From assembly GCA_951406725.2 (NCBI GenBank), contig OX597840.1:2170001-2234000 (forward strand): 64,000 nucleotides of DNA. Direction: 5' to 3'. The notes under the pieces were generated by a model. The model was not told the DNA's origin. It ran no database searches and was given only the letters and a program-made list of their open reading frames with translations. The DNA comes from Octopus vulgaris (Eukaryota). Positions 54,801-64,000 of the stretch are shown one piece after another (within the stretch, counting starts at the first letter, position 1; the number at the start of each line of letters is the position of its first letter). A program made the translations under genes and the position numbers.

Positions 54801-56039
54801 TTTTGATTCGTATCTCGTTATTCAAAGCCTGTTCCATGAAACAACCTTTCTGTTTCAGAATATAATTCCTTGAATGAGTGCAAATAATTATCACCGAAAA
54901 CGACAATATCATTCCCTCCCGTTTCGATTACATGCTGTCCCCATCACAGCAACAAGTGCACTTAGTTATTTGTACTTACCGTGAGATTAATATTGAGCGG
55001 GTTGAGCCGGCCCCGACCAACACGTCCACCACTTCCGTAACGAAAGCTGACCAGATCTAACGTTCCAGCTGGAAACGTAGTGCCTCTGCTTGCGGCCCTA
55101 TAGTCTGTCTTGCAGATTGGGCATATGCTTCGCTGGAGTGCAAGCACGTCTTATAGCGAGAACGCTGTAGCTGTCGTTCTTGGCTCACGTATCGAATTCA
55201 TGTACGGAGATTCAGGGGAAATACAAACTCACATGTGCTCTACGGTCACATGTATACACACTGTGCGATAGTGCGATTCGTAGCAGCTCATCTCATCTTG
55301 CCATTGATTGTCGCCGATCGCAGAGGATTCGCTGGGCAAGCCATCGCTGATTATCACAGGAGATGTAACCTCGATTTGAAGTGAGTGGTACACAGGCTAG
55401 CTGACCCATAGTCGCAACCCTAACAGGTGTTACTACGCTGGAAACAATAGTGTTGCAGATGTGCACACCCCGGCACCAATTCCTCGAAACCACAGCTCAC
55501 CTGTAACAAGGCTTCACTATCTGATGCAGCTTAAAGTCTTACCCAGGTTACAAATCTTCGAAGACATCTTCGAGGTCAGAGGGTCCCCTTTTTTTATGCT
55601 CTTCCACAGCGTCTCGATTGTGGGAATTCTGCCTCAGTTTTATTATTTCCATAAGAGCAATATTGTCTCCGGTCAGAGAACCGAATTAATTATAATATGC
55701 CAACAGTCGTCGCTAGAAATTTCAGGATTTGGTAGACAGATAAACGTAAACATGATCAGGTGAGACATTGAAAGCCAGCGACTTTGAAAACTATGACACT
55801 AACTGACATGAACACCACAACTTAGAAACAAAAGTTCCACGCTTAATATTTAGGTTAAGGACTCAACACTGTAAAAATCGTAGGAATTAAGGTGCCATAG
55901 ATTTATAATTCTGTGCTCAGTTTCTCAGAGAAGAATGAGACCTAGTAAGATAAAGAAATGCTCGCATGGCCTCAGAAGAAACGCAAACGTGTGTGGCGTT
56001 ATCTCTGATCCTGTACTTGTTACCGTGTTTGGACTGGGA

Positions 56040-56300
56040 TGATGCTGAGGGAGAGCCTTGAAAACTTAAATCGAAAAAGTCGACCACAGTAATAATTTGA
56101 AGGCCAGGTATTATTCTATCGGTCTCATTTTGCCGGACCACTAGGTAAGTAAACACACTACCACCGTTTGCTAAACCGTCGTGGGGGACACAGAAAGACA
56201 CATACATACACATAGATAGAAGCGCAAATGCACACATACACACACATACACACACACAAATGCGACTGGCTGTTCTCAGTTTTCGTCTACCAAACCAAAG
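56040..56300 (-). mobile_element. Old SINE family A-related copy
   Basis: ttattctatcggtctcattttgccggaccacta...ctcagttttcgtctaccaaa. Confidence 0.65.
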
Positions 56301-56672
56301 GGATTCAGACAGCCCAGAATTACTGTAGCATCACATTCGGGAGGTACAACGCAACGGCACTGATGCGACACCAGTTGGTTAAGAATCAAATCGTGACGAC
56401 GGCCGTCACAATGGAATATATTAAATATTAAGATTAACAGCGATAACCTATATAGTTTCTTGGAAAGACAAACGGAATTCTACAAGAACACATGTGTGCG
56501 TGTGCGTGTTGGTGTTTATGTTCTTGTGTATATCTGTGTATGTGTAGTTATATATATGCATGTATGCATGTATGTATATATGGTGTACCTATGTATGTAC
56601 GTATGCTTCCATATAGGCTTTTACATATACATAAGTGTATATTCATATATATAAATATATATCTACATATGT

Positions 56673-56721
<49 letters not shown>

Positions 56722-56766
56722 CGTGTGTGTGTGTGTTTGTATGTATATTTATAAGTATATATCATG

Positions 56767-56817
<51 letters not shown>

Positions 56818-56942
56818 GTGTGTATCTGATGCGGTTTGCGCATGTGTATGTTTCTGCGGCCCTCTGCATACGTCTATATATCCATGCATATGTACATATA
56901 CAAACGCATATATATATATACACACTATACACACACACACAC

Positions 56943-56989
<47 letters not shown>

Positions 56990-57579
56990 TACATACATAC
57001 ATACATATAACTAAATCTATCTATATGCATAAATGCGACACACACATGCATATATATATATTTAGGTGCACGCACGCGTGTGTTTGTGTGTGTGCGTGAT
57101 AGTTTGCGTGTATGATTCTGTTTATGTATATCATAGCCGTGTGTTCATGTATGCCTATGCATAAACATTGAAGCCACCACCCCCACACCCGCACACACAC
57201 ACACCACCACCACCACCACACAACTTTCCCCACACACGCACACACACATACATATACACACCATGATAAACCAAAACATGCACATATATACCAAACAGCC
57301 CGCAAACACCACCACCACAACCACCACCACCACAACCACCACCACCACAACACAGCCCCACAACCACACCAACCACGTGACATTTCTATTTTCTTTCAAA
57401 GCATCATTTCCCTTTCTCATCCACATCACATGACCAAAATACGATTCAGCTCCTAGCAACCATCAACAGAATTCTGCCCAGAATCACGTCGTTTCTGCCA
57501 GAACCGTGGTTCACCACACTGTAAAATTAATTCACGCATCACTGAACATCTATTTCCATGTCTGTTCGCGTAACACCTG

Positions 57580-58986
57580 TTTTTGTTATTGTTGTAGTTG
57601 CTGTTGCTTTTATATGTTGTTGTTGTTGTTATTTTTATGGTTTTGCTATTGATGTTGTTTGTGTTGTTGTTGTTGTTCATTGTTTATATTGTTGTTTTTG
57701 TTGCTGTTGTTGTTGTTTTGGGTTGTTGTTTCTATTGCTTCTGTTGTTGGTTTTGTTGTTGTTGTATTTATTGTTTTTGTTGCTTTTGTTATTGCTCTTG
57801 TTTTTGGTGTTTTTGTTTTTATTTTGCTGTTGCTTTTGTTGTTGTTTCTGTTTTTGATTTTGTTGTATTTTTATTCTGTTGCTGTTTTTGTTTTTGTTGG
57901 TTTTTTTATTTTGTTGCTGTTTTTTTCTTGTTATTTTTATTTTGTTGCTGTTTTTGTTGTTTTTTTTTTGTTTTTTTTTTATTTTGTTGCTGTTTTTGTT
58001 TTTGTTGTTTTTTATTTTGTTGCTGTTTTTGTTGGGTTTTTTTTGTTGCTGTTTTTGTTGGTTTTTTTATTTTGTTGCTGTTTTTGTTTTTGTTGTTTTT
58101 TATTTTGTTGCTGTTTTTTTGTTTTTTTGTTGTTGCTGTTTTTTTTGTTTTTGTTGTTGCTGTTGTCTTTTTGTTGCGATTGTTGTTCTTGTTGTTGCTC
58201 TTATTGCTGTTGTTTTTGCTCCTTGTTGTTTTCTTATTCTTCTTGTTTGTGTTGTTGCTGTTGTTTCTGCTGCTGCAATTGTTGTTCTTGTTGTTGGTGC
58301 TGGAGGTGTTGATAATGACGCTGGCGGATATCGTTGTAGGGTTGATGGGAGGCGGGGATGCAATTCAGGCTTCTTGCTATTAATGTTGTTATTAAAGATA
58401 AAATGCTGCTGCCGCTGTTGTTGTTGTTGTTGTAGTCTCCCAGTATTGTTGTTATTTGTGTTGTTGTTGCCATTGGCGGTGGTGGCGGTGCTGGTGGTAT
58501 TGGCATGTTGGGGATGACGGTAGAAGCGGTCATGTTGGTGGTGGTGGCACATTAGTATCGAAGTGGTCATGGTTGTAGTGTCGGTGGTGGTGGTGGTGGT
58601 GGTTGTTGTGGTGATGTTGGTGGTGGTGGTGGTTGTGATGGTGGTGGTGGTTGTGGTGGCGGTGGTGGAGGTGGTGGAGGTGGTAGTGGTGGAGGTGGTG
58701 GTGGTACATTAATATTGAAGTGGTCATGGTTGTGGTGGTGGTGGTGGTGATGGTGGTGGTGATGGTGGTGGAGGCTACGGTTAAGTGTTCCTGCTGTTGC
58801 TGTTTTTTGTTGTGGTGTTGTTGGTTGTGGTTCAAAGGGCTTGTAATTTATCGTTGTTATTGTTGCTGTTGTTGTACTCATGCTGAGAACGATACCAATG
58901 ATGCGATTTATAATGTTGGTAATGGTAATCGTGATGATGCGGCTGATGGTGATGACGATGATGATGATGATGATGATGATGACGAC

Positions 58987-59026
<40 letters not shown>

Positions 59027-59027
59027 C

Positions 59028-59078
<51 letters not shown>

Positions 59079-59330
59079 AATAATGATGATGATGATGATG
59101 ATGAGGATGATGATAGTGGTGGTGGCGATGATGCGATAATACTGCTGCAGTTGCTGCTGCTGCACCTGAGCGTGATCATGATGATGAAATTGATGATAAT
59201 GATGACCACGATGACGACGACGACGACGATGATGATGATTATTATAGAGCTATTTACAATGCTGGTGATGGAGCTAATTACGGTGAGTGTAATGATGATG
59301 ATGATGATGATAATGATGGCGGTTGTGATG

Positions 59331-59361
<31 letters not shown>

Positions 59362-59403
59362 CGATGATGATGATGATGATGATGGTGTTGATGATGATGG
59401 TGT

Positions 59404-59465
<62 letters not shown>

Positions 59466-59511
59466 GTGTTGATGATGATGATGGTGTTGATGATGATGAT
59501 GATGATGGTGT

Positions 59512-59542
<31 letters not shown>

Positions 59543-59680
59543 AGAGCTAATTAGAATGAGGATAAATGGAGAGAATGGCGACAGCGTTGATGTTGATGGT
59601 GATGGTGGTGCTTCTGGTGCTGGTGTTGTCGGCGGCGGCGGTGGTGATGGTGGTGGTGGTGGTGTTGGTGGTGTTGGTAG
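57580..59680. repeat. Long low-complexity (GTT/TTTG)n, (GGT)n and (GAT)n tract
   Basis: Direct reading; source of the 200-290 aa poly-F/L/V/M ORFs. Confidence 0.93.
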
Positions 59681-60321
59681 TCTTGTTACACCTAAGTTCA
59701 TTATTATCACTATTAATGTCCCTGTGTCCGGGACGAGGCGGCGCAGTGGTGTGTTTGGTCGTTTTTTGTTATTTTCTCATTTGTTTCCAGATTTTATTAT
59801 TATTTACATTTTTTTTTTGTCCTTGTATGAAATATTTCTCTCTTTTTAATATTTTATACAAATATAGAGAAAAAAATATTGAAAAATGGTCCAAAGATAC
59901 TAAAACAATTAAAAACAACGAAAAGTTTACAACCATAGAAATGATTAAGCTACAATTTGAAATATTGGCACGAGAATACAAGTAAATTTATATAACACTG
60001 ATTGTTATTTATTATATGGACCCCCAATTTATAACTGGTAGTTATTTTTTTATTTGTTTTAATTGTTACGGGCATCAGAATGTGGCCATGCTGGAACAAT
60101 ACCTTGAAAACTTTTTAACCGTACAAATGTACTTTTTTTCCTGACTGGAACTTATCCTATCGGTTATTTTGCTGAAACTCTAAGCTACAGAGACGTAACA
60201 CAGCATCACCGGGTTTCAAGCAGTTGTGGCGGACAAATAGGCTGACACACATATCGACATATACATGCCTGCATTTATACATACATACATACATACATAC
60301 GTACATACATACATAAATACA

Positions 60322-60355
<34 letters not shown>

Positions 60356-60496
60356 CATATATATATCCATACATACATATAAATATATATATATACATAT
60401 ATATATAGATATATATATATATATGGATGGATAGATAGATAGATAGATAGACAGACATACAGATAGCTAGCTAGGTAGATATATATATATATATAT

Positions 60497-60528
<32 letters not shown>

Positions 60529-60589
60529 GTAGATAGATAGATATACAGGCAGATAGATAGATTCATAGATCGATTCATAGACAGACAGG

Positions 60590-60655
<66 letters not shown>

Positions 60656-60668
60656 TACAGGCAGTGTC

Positions 60669-61017
60669 GATCTATTGCATTTCAATCTGTTTTAGGGTTA
60701 GGGTTAGTTAGGGTTAGTGCTGGGGGGAAGGATATCTTTTTTTCTTCAGAAATGTAAATAAACCCAATCTGTTTCGTAAACGGGGGACATATTCATACGG
60801 CACAGAATGTTTTCACCTCAATAGACGTCGGTGATTGGTTGAAATTGCAGAAATTGAAGAAAAACAACAACAAATATCTTACAAACTACAGAATTTTCTC
60901 AATAAAGCCAAGAGAAAAAGATGTTTTATAAACACATTCTACCAGTATACGAAGTTTAAAAGTGTTTAGTTACGTGGAAATTATTTTAAAAAACTGCCAT
61001 TCAAACCGAAAAGATCC
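60669..61017. mobile_element. Non-autonomous DNA element with imperfect terminal inverted repeats and internal (TTAGGG)n
   Basis: Left gatctattgcatttcaatctgtttt versus right aaaactgccattcaaaccgaaaagatcc; ttagggttagggttagttagggttag at 60692-60717. Confidence 0.5.
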
Positions 61018-61688
61018 CAGTTAGTCGATATAATCGAAACTAAGGCTTGGTTTGTACTTTCTTTTATGGTACTTTATTTTAACGAGAGACGAAATCGATG
61101 CCTTTTGAACCTCGAACGTAAATCGCTGGAACAAATGAACATATTTTCCAACGCTCTAATAATTCTGCCAACTCACAGCCTTACACTAAGATTTAACGAT
61201 GAAATATATTACTATAACAGCATAATCAATTACAGAAATTAAAGATAAACTTGAAAATCCTATATTGTAACAAAATACAGAAATATAATATAAAACAGAG
61301 TGAAATTAAATATTGATTTGAGATATTGAAATGCGATATCAAAAGTACGTATTGTAATGAAATACAGAACAACAATAATGGATAGAGTAAAATTCGATAT
61401 TGAGTAATAATAGTGTAACATATCTAATAGTGAAATTGGATTTTATTTCTTTTTACTTGTTACAGTTATTGGACTACGGCCATATTGCGTCACACAAAGG
61501 GTTTTAGTTGAACAAATCTGCAACACTAATTATTTCTACGCTTAGACGTTTACACTTATTTCATCGTTTCTGTTTTAAGGAACCGCATGTTTTTGGGGAC
61601 CGAAGCAAAACAGCATGGTGTGTCAAGCGATGGTGGAGGACAAATGCAAAGACAAAGGCACTGATCTTCCAACTACATGGTATCGGGT

Positions 61689-61865
61689 CGTCTGCCGTTA
61701 CGTTCTGAGTTAAAATTTCGCCGAGGTCGACTTTGCCTTTCATCCTTTCGGGGTCGATTAAATAAGTACAAGTTACGCACTGGGGTCGATATAATCGACT
61801 TAATCCGTTTGTCTCTCCTTGTTTGTCCCCTCTGTGTTTAGCCCCTTGTGGGTAGTAAAGAAATA
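61689..61865 (+). mobile_element. SINE family B (5'-truncated) inserted into an old family A head, with 10-bp TSD
   Basis: GGTATCGGGT at 61679-61688 and 61866-61875. Confidence 0.88.
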
Positions 61866-61976
61866 GGTATCGGGTTGTTCCACAGCGTGGTACCTTGACC
61901 AAGTGTCTTCTCTTAAAAACTGGGACAAGCAAAGCCTTCTCAGAGGATTTGGTTGACGGAAACAGGAAGAGGCCTG

Positions 61977-62018
<42 letters not shown>

Positions 62019-62022
<4 letters not shown>

Positions 62023-62141
62023 GCCTGCTCGCTCAGCCAGCGGGATGGCGTCATTTGAATGCTAAAACAATGCGAAGCGCATTGTGACCAGTGATGTGTA
62101 GCAACATCTGATAGACTGGTCAGTCACGGTGATCACGGTGA
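62019..62141 (+). mobile_element. 3' tail of SINE family C variant 2, in (TA)n
   Basis: Reverse-complement homolog of 35313-35435. Confidence 0.8.
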
Positions 62142-62482
62142 TATATATATATACATACACACGCATACATACATGCATCCATCCATACATACATATATAC
62201 GTACATGCATACATATTTATGTGTGGAGGGTGTATTCTTTGTGTCTGTGTTTGTCAGTCACCACAGTTATTTGACCGGTGTTAGTGCGTTTAAGTCATAT
62301 ATCGTGGCCGACCAGCGAAACAGATCAGTAGAATATGTACCAAACTTTCAAAAAAAAGAAAAAAGAAAATAAAACTGGTGGGAGATGTCAATCTGTAGAA
62401 CAAAGACCTTAAAACTGATGTCTTTGCATGGCCGAAGTCAAATGAGTGAAACAAGTATAAGATAAAAGAAATGCCCGCATAC

Positions 62483-62513
<31 letters not shown>

Positions 62514-62534
62514 TGTACGTACTATGTATGTATG

Positions 62535-62591
<57 letters not shown>

Positions 62592-62621
62592 GCGAGAAAG
62601 AAGCAACAAGAATGGATAGGT

Positions 62622-62712
62622 TTTTAGTACAATCGTTTCATACAAGGACAGGCTTTATTAAAAGTTGCAAAAATTACAGCATATAAACGTGTCCCGTACT
62701 CATCAGCTAAAA
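62622..62712 (-). ncRNA. Type I hammerhead ribozyme with long stem II (inverted copy)
   Basis: Reverse complement of 63400-63490. Confidence 0.85.
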
Positions 62713-63399
62713 TACATGTGAGTTCTCTAGACATCCTAGTGGTTGAGGCTATACTCATGAAGTAATGTAGATAATTAAGTAACATAAACAGATTTCCAAA
62801 GTTCATTAAAGTTCTTTAAAGATGATGTACAGTCTTCTCTTCCCTTCCCTTTTCTGTTCTTTGCCTCTCTAGAAAGCCCTTCAGCCTTTAAAAGTTAAAT
62901 AGCTACAGCCTCTTTTAAATAGCAGTAATGTGATTAATGTGGCAAATACCTAATCATATAACAAGAATTGATACCTACCTCATTGTGTTCAACCATTGAT
63001 AAATTTATCGCCTGTGAATATGAAATTCCTCTTCATTTCTCTGGAAATTTACATCTACACCATTGGAAATCGTGCATCTATACAAAGGATTAATTCACCC
63101 TCTCTGTAATGCTAATAAGCAGGAATTGAGACCCACCTCGTTGTGATTAACAATGGATAAATTTGTCGTCTGTGAGTATGTAATCCCTCCTCATATCTCT
63201 GGAAATTCATATGTGCACTATGGATTAGGTCACCTTCTCTGTGATGCTATTAAAACTTTTTTAAAATTCTGTGATAAGACTGTACATCATCTTTAAAGAA
63301 CTTTAATGAACTTTGGAAATCTGTTTATGTTACTTAATTATCTACATTACTTCATGAGTATAGCCTCAACCACTAGGATGTCTAGAGAACTCACATGTA

Positions 63400-63490
63400 T
63401 TTTAGCTGATGAGTACGGGACACGTTTATATGCTGTAATTTTTGCAACTTTTAATAAAGCCTGTCCTTGTATGAAACGATTGTACTAAAA
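63400..63490 (+). ncRNA. Type I hammerhead ribozyme with ~60-nt stem II
   Basis: UUUUAG CUGAUGA GUAC GGGACA cg UUUAU ... AUAAA gcc UGUCCU u GUAU GAAA C gauu G UA^ CUAAAA. Confidence 0.87.
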
Positions 63491-63674
63491 ACCTATCCAT
63501 TCTTGTTGCTTCTTTCTCGCTTATAATCACCCCACATTACTGTATTGTTAAAACAGTATAGTTTTTTTTTTTGGTGCATCTAAGTTAGGTACCATATTCA
63601 AGTAAATTCATTTAAATTAACTTGAATCTTTATTGCTTTTTGAATATATATATATATATATATATATAATATCT

Positions 63675-63965
63675 GTACACCAGTTAGAATTTACTTCACG
63701 TTGAGTAACCCACCCCACTCATAAGGTCCCTGAATAAGGGTTGTTTAAGGATGTTGAACGAAACACCCATGTTTTCTAATGTGACTTATCCAAACAACAC
63801 CAAAGAATCCCTCTCAACACACGCTATGATGCTCCCCCACTACTTCTGATTGTGATCAGAGATGCACATAACGTCAGCCACTAAGGGATATGGTCAACTG
63901 GTTATGGTCAAACGACTGTCAAGCAAATCTTTGGTATTGAGCAGAATATTTGCTTTAGCCCCATC

Positions 63966-63968
<3 letters not shown>
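63675..63968 (-). mobile_element. Unclassified (TAA)n-adjacent repeat, same family as 22624-22772
   Basis: gcagaatatttgctttagccccatcttt overlaps the end of the 22624 and 24485 fragments; abuts (ATT)n. Confidence 0.55.

Positions 63969-64000
<32 letters not shown>

Larger units (their letters stand above)
62592..63643 (+). mobile_element. Non-coding hammerhead-bearing PLE-type element with 245-bp inverted 5' segment, between (TA)n tracts
   Basis: 62592-62836 is the reverse complement of 63276-63520; the identical mirror ORFs at 62624-62806 and 63306-63488 agree. (TA)n on both flanks. Confidence 0.87.

Noticed and set aside
54880-55790. Possible Tx1/L1 C-terminal zinc-knuckle remnant (CPICK, minus strand)
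   Set aside because: Too degenerate to assign from sequence alone.
62624-63488. Two identical 60-aa ORFs as a duplicated small gene
   Set aside because: A by-product of the inverted repeat; the ORF overlaps the ribozyme and has no protein features.

Overview
AT-rich, microsatellite-saturated eukaryotic DNA. The SINE repertoire looks like octopus/coleoid cephalopod; this is recalled from pattern, not database-checked. I could not support any host protein-coding gene. Almost all ORFs in the track are translations of simple repeats. The window is a mosaic of at least four tRNA-derived SINE families, 5'-truncated R4/Dong-type, RTE and Tx1-like LINE fragments, three decayed mariner elements, MITEs, a ~1.9 kb tandem duplication and a degenerate Penelope-like (PLE) RT/GIY-YIG remnant. 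The main signal is a set of non-coding elements carrying hammerhead ribozymes (HHR), mostly inserted in (TA)n. (i) 46017-46940 is a 459-bp tandem unit with two identical, canonical type I HHRs plus an inverted terminal segment. It is retrozyme-like and predicted to release a 459-nt circularisable RNA. (ii) 62592-63643 has an apparently perfect 245-bp inverted repeat, each arm holding a type I HHR with a ~60-nt stem II. (iii) Several minimal or variant HHRs are scattered through the window, including a family with a recurrent CUGUNGA core.
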